From NCBI GenBank assembly GCA_964567595.1, contig CAZMNF010000004.1, forward strand, positions 3,744 to 67,743: 64,000 nucleotides of DNA, read 5' to 3'. The translations under genes were made by a program, and so were the position numbers. Positions 17,256-26,832 of the stretch are shown piece after piece (the first letter of the stretch is position 1; each line of letters starts with the position of its first letter). The notes beneath the pieces are model-generated. The model did not search any database. It saw only the letters and a list, made by a program, of their open reading frames with translations, and was not told the DNA's origin. The DNA comes from an uncultured Thermotogae bacterium. GTDB taxonomy: Bacteria; Bipolaricaulota; Bipolaricaulia; RBG-16-55-9.

Positions 17256-19586
17256 TTGATCCAGGGCGTTGCTTGGCCTAAGCTACACCAAAAATACATC
17301 ATTTGGGTTGCCATGGGGCTCCGCATAAAACTTCTCGGCCAGTTTGAGGTCTATCGGGATGGGCACCCCATCGCTCAAACGGAATGGCGCACAGAGAGGA
17401 ACAAGGACGTGCTCAAGATCCTGGCCCTGTACCCGAATCAAACGCTGCCCCGAGACTGGATCATGGAGTCGCTGTGGCCGGCGCAGAACCCGGAGCGGAG
17501 CGTGCGCAACCTCCGCGGTCGGATCAGCGAAATACGACGCATTCTGGAGCCTCATCTACTCCAAGGGTCCGAGTCGACCTACGTCCAGACGCTATCCAAC
17601 GGCTATGCCCTGGCCGCCCGCTACTGCCGCATTGACACACAGGCCTTCCAGGAGGCCTACGATCACGCCGTCACGCAGGCCAAACTGGACTCCCACACCG
17701 CCATCGACGCGTTCAGACGGGCGATTGAGATCTATATCGGCGATCTCCTCCCGGCGGACCGGCACAAGGAGTGGACATTCGATCGTCGAGAGGAACTCCG
17801 GCGGCGCTATCTGGACGCGCTCCGCCAACTGACCGACCTGCTTTACCGGGAGCAGCAGTACGAAGAGGCCATCCGCTACGGCGAAAAGTCACTGCAGGTC
17901 GATCCCCACGATGAGCGGGTATACCGGACATTGATGCGCACGCACCACGAGATAGGCAATGCGCATGAGACTCTCCAACTATACGAGCGCTGCCGCCAGG
18001 CATTGGCAACTTCGGACATGGCTCCATCGGAAGCGACCGATCACCTCGCGGCGACCCTGCGCTCGCATGCCTATCGCCATTCCGAACGGATCAGCATGGA
18101 CGAGCAGCTGCGAGTTATCGAGGAGCGGCTCGCTTCGGAGCCTTCCCCGGCGGCTCGTTGGGACCTGATGGGCCAGCAGCTTGAATTGCTGCATGCCCTG
18201 AGATATCGCGCCAAGGAAGCCCGAGCGCTCGAAGCCGCTCAGGGCCTTGCTCGCGACTTGGCAGATCCGAGCAAGCTGGGGCGCGTCCTCGTCAAGTGGG
18301 CCGAATACCACCGAGCGCTCGGCAACCTGGACGCTGCCGAACGGTCTGCGCAAGAGGCACACGAGCAGTTTGCCGTCACTGAGGACCAATTGGGAATTGC
18401 CGAAGCCGTCTTTGCCTTGGGACAGTGCCGGTTTGAGCGTCATGATATCGGCACGACGCGCGAACGCTGCGAGCAGGCTCTGCGTCAAATCCGCATCATG
18501 GATAATTACCGCGCGGATCAACTCCGCGTCCGAATCTGGAATTGCCTCGGTCGACTGGCGGTCAAGGACCTGGCCTACGACGTGGCCCTCCAGTATTACG
18601 ACCAAGCTCTGAGGCTCTGTCAGTCAACCGAGGACGACCCCCAACAGGCACGCTTGTTCTTGAACCTCGGGTCGCTGCATTACTATCGCAACCGCGTCGC
18701 CGAAGCCTGGCTCCATTGGGATTATGGCCGACGCATTGCCCAGCGCATCGGACACGATCCGATCGAAGCCAAATGTCTGATCAACCTAGCGGCGCTCAAG
18801 AAAAGCCGGGCCGATCTCGCCGAGGCTTGGCGAATCATCGAGACCGTCATCGACCTCCAAGAGCGGCTCCATGACGTCGACGGCCTGGCCAAGAGCTGGA
18901 ACAACCTCGGCGCGATCCACGACGCGCTCGGTCGTCCGAACCAGGCCCTCGCCGCGTTCCGGCGATCGCGTGCTTACAGCCGTGAAGCGGATAATGACCT
19001 CGGTGTGGCGATCGCGGACATGGCCATGGCCAGCGTCCACATCCCCCAAGCCCGTTTTGACGACGCGCGACAGCGCCTGCGATCGGCCCAGGCAACCTTT
19101 CGATCCCACAGCAACACGTGGTACGAGACTCAGGCGCTCTACTACCTCGGCGAACTCGAGCTAGCACGGGGCCGTCCGACCGAGGCCAAGCGTCTAATGG
19201 ACGACGCCCAACGACTGGCCGAAGGCGTGGGAAGTCGCAAGCTCCGTGAGTACGCACAAGCCGCGTTGGCGGAGACGGAACGCGAACTTGGCCAGAGAAG
19301 CGCAGCCTTGGAGTGGGCAGAAATCGTCGAATCCTCGCTTGCCCAAACGCCGCCGGGCATCGAGGACACGCGCGTGTGTTATCGCCTCTACCGGGTGCTT
19401 CGCGATGCCGGCATGGCCGATCGGGCAGGACACCATCTGCACCGAGCTCACGCCCTCGTGAGCCACCTCGCCACCCAATTGTCAGACACCTCGCAACGAG
19501 ACGAATTCCAGCGTGTTCCGCTCTATCGCGAGATCATGGCCGCCTACGACAGCGAGGCCGGACCGACCGGATCAGAGGCTGCATGA
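17256..19586 (+). CDS. SARP-family transcriptional regulator (OmpR/PhoB-type winged helix + BTAD) with C-terminal TPR repeats
   Basis: The N-terminus LLGQFEVYRDGHPI...WRTERNKDVLKILALYPNQTLPRDWIMESLWP is a Trans_reg_C winged helix. A BTAD follows (RYCRIDTQAFQEAYDHA...). More than 400 aa of TPR-like helical repeats come after. No Walker A motif is present. The start is ambiguous (17256 or the internal ATG 17313). Confidence 0.75.
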   Translation: MIQGVAWPKLHQKYIIWVAMGLRIKLLGQFEVYRDGHPIAQTEWRTERNKDVLKILALYPNQTLPRDWIMESLWPAQNPERSVRNLRGRISEIRRILEPHLLQGSESTYVQTLSNGYALAARYCRIDTQAFQEAYDHAVTQAKLDSHTAIDAFRRAIEIYIGDLLPADRHKEWTFDRREELRRRYLDALRQLTDLLYREQQYEEAIRYGEKSLQVDPHDERVYRTLMRTHHEIGNAHETLQLYERCRQALATSDMAPSEATDHLAATLRSHAYRHSERISMDEQLRVIEERLASEPSPAARWDLMGQQLELLHALRYRAKEARALEAAQGLARDLADPSKLGRVLVKWAEYHRALGNLDAAERSAQEAHEQFAVTEDQLGIAEAVFALGQCRFERHDIGTTRERCEQALRQIRIMDNYRADQLRVRIWNCLGRLAVKDLAYDVALQYYDQALRLCQSTEDDPQQARLFLNLGSLHYYRNRVAEAWLHWDYGRRIAQRIGHDPIEAKCLINLAALKKSRADLAEAWRIIETVIDLQERLHDVDGLAKSWNNLGAIHDALGRPNQALAAFRRSRAYSREADNDLGVAIADMAMASVHIPQARFDDARQRLRSAQATFRSHSNTWYETQALYYLGELELARGRPTEAKRLMDDAQRLAEGVGSRKLREYAQAALAETERELGQRSAALEWAEIVESSLAQTPPGIEDTRVCYRLYRVLRDAGMADRAGHHLHRAHALVSHLATQLSDTSQRDEFQRVPLYREIMAAYDSEAGPTGSEAA

Positions 19587-19625
19587 TCCAGTTGTGCCGA
19601 CATCGCGACGGACACCGCGGCCGTG

Positions 19626-20543
19626 CTAGGTGAACAGCGCCTCCACGAACGCCTCCGCGTCGAAGGGCTGCAGATCCTCCGCCGTCTCGCCCACGCCGAT
19701 CAGCTTGATCGGGACGTCGAGCTCCTGAGCGATGGGCACGATGGCGCCGCCTTTGGCCGTGCCATCGAGCTTGGTGATCACAAGCCCCGTCAGGCTGACG
19801 GCCTCGTTGAACTGTCGAGCCTGCTGGAGGGCGTTCTGGCCGACCGTGCCGTCGAGGACGAGCAGCTTCTCGTCGATCGGGCGGTCGAGCCGCTTCTCCA
19901 CCACCCGATGGATCTTTTTCAGCTCCTCCATGAGGTTCTTTTTCGTCTGCAGGCGCCCGGCCGTGTCGATCAACAACACGTCCGATCCGTTCCGGACCAC
20001 GTAGTCGGCTGCGTCGTACGCGACCGCGCCGGGATCACTGCCGGCGTCGTGCTTGATCAGTCGCGCGCCGACGCGCTCGGACCAGACCTCCAGTTGCTCG
20101 ATGGCCGCGGCGCGGAACGTATCGGCCGCAGCCACGACAATGTCGTCGCGCCCTTCGGCCTGGAAGCGCTGGGCCATCTTGGCGATGCTCGTGGTCTTGC
20201 CGGATCCGTTGACGCCGAGCACGGACACGACTGTCGGTTGCCCGTCGTCCCGGAGAGCCAACGGAGCTTCAAAGCCGCCCAACAGTTCGACGAGCTCGGC
20301 CTTGAGCATGCCGTAGACCGCGTCGGTGTCCTCGGCCCCCTGCTCCTTGACGCGGGCCTTCAGGCCGTCGATGACGCTCATGGCCGCGTCGACACCGAGA
20401 TCGGCCTCAATGAGAATGGCCTCCAGATCCTCCAGCATCTCGTCGTCGACGCGACGTTTCCCGCCGATGACCGAGCTGACCTGATCGGTCAGCGCCTCGT
20501 GCGTCTTCTTGAGTCCCTGCTTGAGACGGTCAAACCAGGCCAT
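19626..20543 (-). CDS. ftsY: signal recognition particle receptor FtsY
   Basis: SRP GTPase motifs are GVNGSGKTTSIAKMA, DTAGR and TKLDGTAKGG. At 305 aa it is a short FtsY lacking the acidic A domain. Confidence 0.9.
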   Translation of the reverse strand: MAWFDRLKQGLKKTHEALTDQVSSVIGGKRRVDDEMLEDLEAILIEADLGVDAAMSVIDGLKARVKEQGAEDTDAVYGMLKAELVELLGGFEAPLALRDDGQPTVVSVLGVNGSGKTTSIAKMAQRFQAEGRDDIVVAAADTFRAAAIEQLEVWSERVGARLIKHDAGSDPGAVAYDAADYVVRNGSDVLLIDTAGRLQTKKNLMEELKKIHRVVEKRLDRPIDEKLLVLDGTVGQNALQQARQFNEAVSLTGLVITKLDGTAKGGAIVPIAQELDVPIKLIGVGETAEDLQPFDAEAFVEALFT

Positions 20544-20602
20544 GGTTGCGAGCCTCCATTGCGATACCCGGGTTGCGAGCGGCCAGACGGATGGAGCGGT
20601 CG

Positions 20603-22318
20603 TTACATGCGCTCCGGTGCGCTCATGCCGATCAGCGCGAGCCCCGTGGCGAGCACGGTCTGCGCGCTTTTCACCAGCGCCAACCGTGCCCCTTCGAGCT
20701 CCGCGTCCTCGCCGAGGACGCGACAGGTGTCGTAGAATTTGTTGACGACCGCGGCCAGGTCGCCCAAATACGCCGCGACCGTGAAGGGATCGTACGTCGC
20801 CGCCGCGTGGTGGACTCTATCAGGGAACTGCTCGATCCACTTGGCGAGAGCGACCTCATTGCGCTCGGTCAATCGCGCGTAGGCAGGCGCGTCCGGGACC
20901 TCGCGATCGGCCTTGCGGAGGACGCCGGCCATGCGGGCGTGCGTATATTGGATGTAGGGCCCGCTCTTGCCCTCGAAGTTGACCACGTCCTCCCAGCGGA
21001 AGTTGATGTCGTGCGTGCGCGAGCGGCTGATCGTGGCGTAGATGACAGCACTTACGCCCACGTCATGGGCGATCTGCTCGCGCTCGGCTTCAGGCAGATC
21101 GGCAACCTTGGCCACGTCCTCAATGATTTCGCGGGTCCGGGCGATCGCCTGTTGTGCCACGTCCTCGAAGAACACGACGCGGCCCTTGCGAGTCGACATG
21201 CGCTGGTCCTCGAAGAGCACGACGCCGAAGGCGACATGAACCAGGCGCTCGGCCCAGTCGTAGCCCATCTTCGCCAAGGCCTCGAAGAACTGCTGGAAGT
21301 GCAGCGATTGGCCCGCGTCGACGACGTAGAGCTTCCAGTCGAACGCGTACTGCTGCTGATGGTAAATGGCAGCACAGAGATCCCGCGTGGCGTAGACCGT
21401 GGCGCCGTCGCGCTTGCGCAACATCAACGGCGGTCGGTCGGCGTCGGTGTCCGCCTCGAGCGGAATGACGATCGCGCCCTCGCTCTCCTGGGCAATGCCC
21501 TCCTCCATTAGGCGATCGATCAGCGGGCTCGCCTGGTCGCGGTAGGCGCTCTCGCCGCGGATCTCTTCGAATTCGATGCCGAGCATGTCGTAGTAGGCGC
21601 GAAACGCCTCGAGGCTCTGCCCGACGAACCATTCCCACAGTTCCGTCGCTTCCGCGTCGCCGGCCTCCAGCTTCTGGAACCAATGGCGGGCCTCGGCCTC
21701 CAGCTCGGGGGTCGTCTCCGCTTCCTCGTGGAACGTCACATAGAGCCGAAAGAGCTCGTAGACGCGATCCGCTTCGACCTGCTCGCGCGAGCCCCAACGC
21801 TTGTAGGCCGCAATCAGCGCGCCGAACTGCTTGCCCCAGTCCCCCAAGTAGTTGACGCCGACGACGTCGTAGCCCAAATGACGGTGGATCAGCTTGAGCG
21901 TGTGCCCGAGCACCGTCGAGCGCAGGTGGCCGACGCTGAACGGCCGGGCGATGTTCGGGGACGAATAGTCGATGACGACCGTCTGGTTCGCGCCCTCGTC
22001 GCTGCCGCCGTAGCGCTCGCCCTCCTTGAGGACGCGACCGACGACGTGGCGCATCAGCTCGCCCCGAGCCACGGTCACGTTCAGATAGGGGCCGGCCGCT
22101 TGCGCATCCCGGATGGGCTCGCCCACGATCGCCTCGGCGAGCTCTTGGGCGATCTCGGCGGGGGCGCGCCGCAGCCGCTGGGCCAAGGCGAAGCACGGCA
22201 GCGCGTAGTCGCCCATGCTGTCGTCGGGCGGCGTCGTCATCAGCCCACGGACGTCCGCGGCCGGCATGTCCAAAACGCCGCCGACGCGCCGGGCGATCTC
22301 GTCAACGAGTGGATTCAT
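20603..22318 (-). CDS. argS: arginyl-tRNA synthetase
   Basis: 571 aa, a class I aaRS with HIGH-like SPNIARPFSVGHLRSTV, an N-terminal Arg_tRNA_synt_N region and a DALR anticodon-binding C-terminus. Confidence 0.9.
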   Translation of the reverse strand: MNPLVDEIARRVGGVLDMPAADVRGLMTTPPDDSMGDYALPCFALAQRLRRAPAEIAQELAEAIVGEPIRDAQAAGPYLNVTVARGELMRHVVGRVLKEGERYGGSDEGANQTVVIDYSSPNIARPFSVGHLRSTVLGHTLKLIHRHLGYDVVGVNYLGDWGKQFGALIAAYKRWGSREQVEADRVYELFRLYVTFHEEAETTPELEAEARHWFQKLEAGDAEATELWEWFVGQSLEAFRAYYDMLGIEFEEIRGESAYRDQASPLIDRLMEEGIAQESEGAIVIPLEADTDADRPPLMLRKRDGATVYATRDLCAAIYHQQQYAFDWKLYVVDAGQSLHFQQFFEALAKMGYDWAERLVHVAFGVVLFEDQRMSTRKGRVVFFEDVAQQAIARTREIIEDVAKVADLPEAEREQIAHDVGVSAVIYATISRSRTHDINFRWEDVVNFEGKSGPYIQYTHARMAGVLRKADREVPDAPAYARLTERNEVALAKWIEQFPDRVHHAAATYDPFTVAAYLGDLAAVVNKFYDTCRVLGEDAELEGARLALVKSAQTVLATGLALIGMSAPERM

Positions 22319-22335
22319 AGGCGTTCAGGGTCACG

Positions 22336-22602
22336 TTAAGACGGCCGATACTCCACGAAAAACCGCATCGCCGTCCGTTCGCGGCTGTCGATCTCGATCT
22401 CGATAAACCCCGGCGTCATGATCAAGTCCTGACCCTCGCGGTCGACATCGCGACGGGCGATCGCAATGGCTTTCGCCGCTTGGTTGACGGCCCCCGCGCC
22501 AATGGCATGCGCTTCCACGATCGGGTTGCTCTCCAACGCGCTGGTCAGGGCGCGGGCCACCGCGTTCGGGTTGGACGTCGAGGCGATCTTGAGCACTTCC
22601 AT
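22336..22602 (-). CDS. spoVS: SpoVS-family protein
   Basis: 88 aa: MEVLKIASTSNPNAVARALTSAL...AIGAGAVNQAAKAIAIAR...IEIEI matches the SpoVS family over its full length. It starts 17 nt after the argS stop. Confidence 0.75.
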   Translation of the reverse strand: MEVLKIASTSNPNAVARALTSALESNPIVEAHAIGAGAVNQAAKAIAIARRDVDREGQDLIMTPGFIEIEIDSRERTAMRFFVEYRPS

Positions 22603-22709
22603 GGTTCCTCCTTCTCATCCCCACCGTTATGGACGCCCCGCGTCGGGACGCGAGGTTGTGACGATGGCGAGCGTCGATGGCCACAGCTGAGCCACCGAGC
22701 TCACCTCCA

Positions 22710-23690
22710 TCATCGGTTGCGACCGACCGCGAAGTCAAACGTCCGCAGCAGCAAGCGCTTCATCTCGGAATCGGCCAACCAGGCCAGCCGCGCCTGAGCG
22801 CGATCGACGCACGCCTGCGCGCGCTCCCGCAATTGCTCCGGGATCCCGTAGGAGCGCATGCGATCCATGAGCGCCGCTTGGTCGTCCTCGCCCAGCGGGC
22901 CGTTCAGGAGTCGATCCGAGCTGTCCGGCTCGCGGCGGATCAGCTCCAGAAAGGGCCAGGTGAGCCAGCCGCCGCGCCAGTCGCTCCAGCGCGGCTTGCC
23001 CAACGCATCGTCGCCGAAGACGTCGAGCAGGTCATCGATCATTTGATACGCCAGCCCCAGCTCAACGCCGGCCTCATAGACGTCGGTCCGTCGCTCGCGG
23101 TCGAGCTCAGGGTCGCCGACCATCGCCCCCACGGCGCACGCCGCCCCGATCAACACGGCCGTTTTGCCTTCGTTGACCCGATCGTACTGGGCGTCCGTGG
23201 CGACCTCGCCTCGCAGGCTCTCCTGGAGGAGCTCCCCTTCCAGGAGCCGATCAACGGTATCGATAATCAGCTCTCGAATCTCCTCGCGATGAGGGTTGAG
23301 CAGGCCGAACGCCCGCGAAAAGATGAAGTCGCCCTCCAGGATCGCCGAGCGGTTGCTCGAGCGCTTCCACAGCGACGGACGGTCGCGCCGCTCCTCCGCT
23401 CGGTCGATGACGTCGTCGTGGGCGAGCGTCGCCATGTGGATCAGCTCAACGACCGTCGCCAACTCCAGGGCGTCGCGTTGCGGCCCACGCTCGCCCAAGA
23501 GCTTGTAGAGCAGGACCGAAAGGGCCGGGCGGAAGCGCTTGCCGCCGCTGTCAAGCGCGTACCGGCCCAGCTCCGCCACAGCCGGCACGTCCGAGTCGAG
23601 CCGCTCGCGGAGGATCGCCTCGATCTCGCCGAGCTCGTCGCGAACGTAGGGAGCGCCTTGAGCGATCAGCGGGTTTGCGGTTGCGGTCAT
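22710..23690 (-). CDS. polyprenyl diphosphate synthase (hepta/octaprenyl, IspB/HepT-like)
   Basis: Start at ATG 23690 (MTATANPLIAQ...). Motifs are FARM LIHMATLAHDDVIDRAEERR and SARM YQMIDDLLD. The 544-aa ORF-track version is a high-GC N-terminal extension overlapping menA. Confidence 0.8.
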   Translation of the reverse strand: MTATANPLIAQGAPYVRDELGEIEAILRERLDSDVPAVAELGRYALDSGGKRFRPALSVLLYKLLGERGPQRDALELATVVELIHMATLAHDDVIDRAEERRDRPSLWKRSSNRSAILEGDFIFSRAFGLLNPHREEIRELIIDTVDRLLEGELLQESLRGEVATDAQYDRVNEGKTAVLIGAACAVGAMVGDPELDRERRTDVYEAGVELGLAYQMIDDLLDVFGDDALGKPRWSDWRGGWLTWPFLELIRREPDSSDRLLNGPLGEDDQAALMDRMRSYGIPEQLRERAQACVDRAQARLAWLADSEMKRLLLRTFDFAVGRNR

Positions 23691-23807
23691 GGCGTTTATC
23701 AACTCGTTGGCAGCGATCCGATTGTACTCGGGAAGGCACGCGGCGTGCAAAAGCTGAGCTCGCTTGCGTCCGGGTCCCCCGTGCGCTATAAACGTCCCGA
23801 TATCGCT

Positions 23808-24737
23808 ATGCCGACCCATCAAGGCACCAACGCCCAACCCGACCTCAGGACGCTCGTATTGGCCACGCGGCCATGGTCGTTCGCCATGACCGCCATCTCC
23901 GTCACGAGCGCGGCCCTGATCGCCCTGCCGACGTTCAGCGTCGGGCTCTATGTTATCACGCTGCTCGGCATGGTCCTCGCTCACGCCGCAACGAACCTCA
24001 TCAACGACTATTACGACGTCAAATTCGGCATCGACCAGCCCGATGCCCCGACGGCCCGCTACCGCCCGCATCCGCTCGTCGAAGGCACACTGAAGGCCCA
24101 TCACGTGATGACGGAGTCGGTGGTGCTGTACGCGCTCGCTGGCCTGATCGGCGTTTATCTGTTGATCATTCGCGGCTGGCCCATCGCGCTGTTGGCGATC
24201 ATCGGCGGAATTGCCAGCGTCACCTACACCGCGACGCCCGTGCAGTACAAATACCGCGGATTGGGCGAGCTGTCCGTCTTCGTGATGTGGGGCCCGCTCA
24301 TGATGCTGGGCAGCCACTACGTCCAGACGAACTCCTTCGCCCAAGCGGGTGAGGTGTTGTGGGTCTCACTGCCGGTCGGCATCTGGGTCGCGCTCGTGCT
24401 GTTGGCCAACAACCTCAAGGACATCGAGTATGACCGCCGCAAGGGCGCGGAGACGCTCGGCACGCTGCTGGGACGTGAGGGGGCGCTCGGGCTGTTCATG
24501 GCGCTCGTGGTGATGATCTATCTCGTGAGCGTCTTGGCCATCGTCGCGGGCGCGCTGCCCATCTGGAGCCTGCTCGTCCTTCTGTCCGCGCCACAGGCCT
24601 ATAAAGAACTGTGCGACCTGCGCGACGCTGACGAGATTCCCGTGGACGCCGATCCTCGTACGGCCCAGCTGTCCACGCGATACGGCCTGCTGCTGGTCGG
24701 GTCGCTGATCCTGAACGCGATCGTCCCCCTCCCATGA
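23808..24737 (+). CDS. menA: 1,4-dihydroxy-2-naphthoate polyprenyltransferase (UbiA family)
   Basis: 309 aa from ATG 23808, with NLINDYYDVKFGID and KDIEYDRRKG motifs and ~8 TM helices. It is divergent from the polyprenyl synthase gene, which fits the menaquinone pathway. Confidence 0.8.
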   Translation: MPTHQGTNAQPDLRTLVLATRPWSFAMTAISVTSAALIALPTFSVGLYVITLLGMVLAHAATNLINDYYDVKFGIDQPDAPTARYRPHPLVEGTLKAHHVMTESVVLYALAGLIGVYLLIIRGWPIALLAIIGGIASVTYTATPVQYKYRGLGELSVFVMWGPLMMLGSHYVQTNSFAQAGEVLWVSLPVGIWVALVLLANNLKDIEYDRRKGAETLGTLLGREGALGLFMALVVMIYLVSVLAIVAGALPIWSLLVLLSAPQAYKELCDLRDADEIPVDADPRTAQLSTRYGLLLVGSLILNAIVPLP

Positions 24738-25366
24738 CCTCATCGCGCTCCTCAGCCGGCTTGATCATCGCCTCGCTCGGGCTCGCGTTTGCGCTCTGGT
24801 ACGCCGTATTCGGCTGGAGCAACGGAATATTCTGGGTCAAGATCGCGCTGGCGGCGGCCATCTTGGCCGCGATCTCGCTCGCCGTTATGGGCGACGCCCG
24901 CGTCCAGCTGCGGGGCATCAAGGCCCGCGACGTCAAGTTGGGCCTCGGATCGGCCGCGTTGCTCTACGCCGTCTTCTGGGTGGGCCAGCTCGTTTTGACC
25001 GCGCTCTTCCCCGAGGCCGCCGACAGCGAAATCGGGCGCGTCTACGCCCCGCGGGACGAGACGTCGCTGTGGATCATCGCGGCGCTGTTGTTGTTCGTGA
25101 CGGGCCCGTCCGAAGAGATCTACTGGCGCGGCTACTTGCAGCGCGTGCTCATGCAACGGGCCGGACCGGCCATGGGCTGGATCCTCGCAACGGCCGCGTA
25201 CGCGCTCGTCCACATCTGGACGCTCAACGTGCCGCTCATCCTGGCGGCGTTCACGGCGGGGCTCGTCTGGGGCTGGATCTATCTTATGGAACGCCGGCTG
25301 TTGCCCGTGATCATCTCGCACGCGGTCTGGAGCGTGGCGATCTTCGTCTTCCTGCCCGTTCACTAA
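24734..25366 (+). CDS. CPBP-family intramembrane metalloprotease (CAAX protease/Abi-like)
   Basis: ATGA overlap with menA. The CPBP motifs are EEIYWRGYL, ...HIW and ...HAVWS in a polytopic membrane protein. Confidence 0.75.
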   Translation: MTSSRSSAGLIIASLGLAFALWYAVFGWSNGIFWVKIALAAAILAAISLAVMGDARVQLRGIKARDVKLGLGSAALLYAVFWVGQLVLTALFPEAADSEIGRVYAPRDETSLWIIAALLLFVTGPSEEIYWRGYLQRVLMQRAGPAMGWILATAAYALVHIWTLNVPLILAAFTAGLVWGWIYLMERRLLPVIISHAVWSVAIFVFLPVH

Positions 25367-25459
25367 TCGCCGCGGGGATCAAGCGATGGCAATCGCCGTC
25401 CGACGAACGCTATCCTGAAGGCGTTCATTCATCGACGCAACCATGGAGGAGGCAACCCT

Positions 25460-26623
25460 GTGACCCATCACCCATCCTTTCAGGAAGAACATCGCATCCT
25501 GCGACGATCGGTCCGGAAGTTCGTCGACGAGGAACTCAACCCGCACGTCGACACCTGGGAAGCCGAGGGCCGTCTCCCCAAGGACGTATTCCGGAAACTG
25601 GGCGAGCTCGGCCTGCTCGGCATCCGCTATCCCGAAGCCTATGGCGGCGCCGACGGCGACATCTGGAGCACGGTCGTGTTCTGTGAAGAACTGGGCCGCT
25701 GCCGCTCGCGCGGGCTGACGATGAGCGTGTTGGTCCAGACCGACATGGCCTCGCCGTACCTCGCCAAATACGGCAGCGATCACGTCAAAGAGCAGTTCCT
25801 GGCGCCGCTGGTCCACGGCCAGAAGGTCGGAGCGATCGTGCTGAGCGAGCCGGACGTCGGCTCGGACCTGGCCAACATGCGCACCACTGCCCGGCGCGAG
25901 GGCGATCACTTCGTTCTCAATGGGAACAAGACCTACATCACCAACGCGCTCAACGCCGACCTGTTCACGGTGGCAGCCAAGACCGACCCGGATGCCGGCA
26001 AGCGTGGCGTCAGCATCTTCGTTGTGGAGCGCGACGCCGACGGGTTCTCCATCGAGTCGATGAAGAAGAAGCTGGGCATGCACGCTTCCGACACGGGGGA
26101 ACTGACCTTCGAGGAGACGCCCGTTCCCGCGGCCAACCTCGTCGGCGAGGAAAACCAGGGCTTCTACTACGTCATGGACAGCCTGCAGAACGAGCGCTTT
26201 GTCGCCTGCGTGGCCATGACGGCGGCGGCGCAGCAGGCCATCGAGGACGCGACCGAATTCGCGCAACACCGCGACGTCCAGGGACAGAAGCTGTCGGATT
26301 ACCAAGTGACGCGTCACAAACTGGCCTATCTCCAGACGCGGGTCGAGGCGGCACGGCGGCTGACGTATTACGCGGCCGAGCTCTACGACCAAGGCGAGGA
26401 CTGGACGACGGCGGTGTCGATGTGCAAGGCGTTCTGCGCCGAGGTCGCCAACGAGGTGGCCGACGAGTGCCTCCAGATCCACGGCGGCGCCGGCTACATC
26501 GAGGAATACGACATCCCGCGGCTGTACCGCGACCTGCGCCTCTGGAAGATCGGGGCCGGCACCACCGAGGTCATGAACGAGATCATCGCCAAACGGATGG
26601 GCGTTTCATCGGGCAAAACCTGA
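25460..26623 (+). CDS. acyl-CoA dehydrogenase
   Basis: GTG start 5 nt after GGAGGAGG. ACAD N-terminal, middle and C-terminal signatures are present (…GSDLANMRTTA…, …IHGGAGYIEEYDIPRLYRD). Confidence 0.85.
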   Translation: MTHHPSFQEEHRILRRSVRKFVDEELNPHVDTWEAEGRLPKDVFRKLGELGLLGIRYPEAYGGADGDIWSTVVFCEELGRCRSRGLTMSVLVQTDMASPYLAKYGSDHVKEQFLAPLVHGQKVGAIVLSEPDVGSDLANMRTTARREGDHFVLNGNKTYITNALNADLFTVAAKTDPDAGKRGVSIFVVERDADGFSIESMKKKLGMHASDTGELTFEETPVPAANLVGEENQGFYYVMDSLQNERFVACVAMTAAAQQAIEDATEFAQHRDVQGQKLSDYQVTRHKLAYLQTRVEAARRLTYYAAELYDQGEDWTTAVSMCKAFCAEVANEVADECLQIHGGAGYIEEYDIPRLYRDLRLWKIGAGTTEVMNEIIAKRMGVSSGKT

Positions 26624-26832
26624 CTCGTTGCCGATCGTCAATGATTGGCGACCGCGATCAAGGCAAGGGGGCCCGCGGCACCCCGCTCAGCCAGCGCGTG
26701 GCCCCCATGTCGCTGGCCGAGCCGACGGTGGGAGGCAGCGGCAAGCAGCCAAGCTCCCGCCGAGTATCCTGCCGTCCTGGATCCGGCGCTCAACGGTGAG
26801 TGCCGGACCGAGCGATCTCGGCGGGGGCGCGA

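Noticed and set aside
22677-24737. 686-aa plus-strand ORF
   Set aside because: Only the last 309 aa (from ATG 23808) are MenA. The N-terminal 377 aa are antisense to the polyprenyl synthase gene and compositionally implausible.
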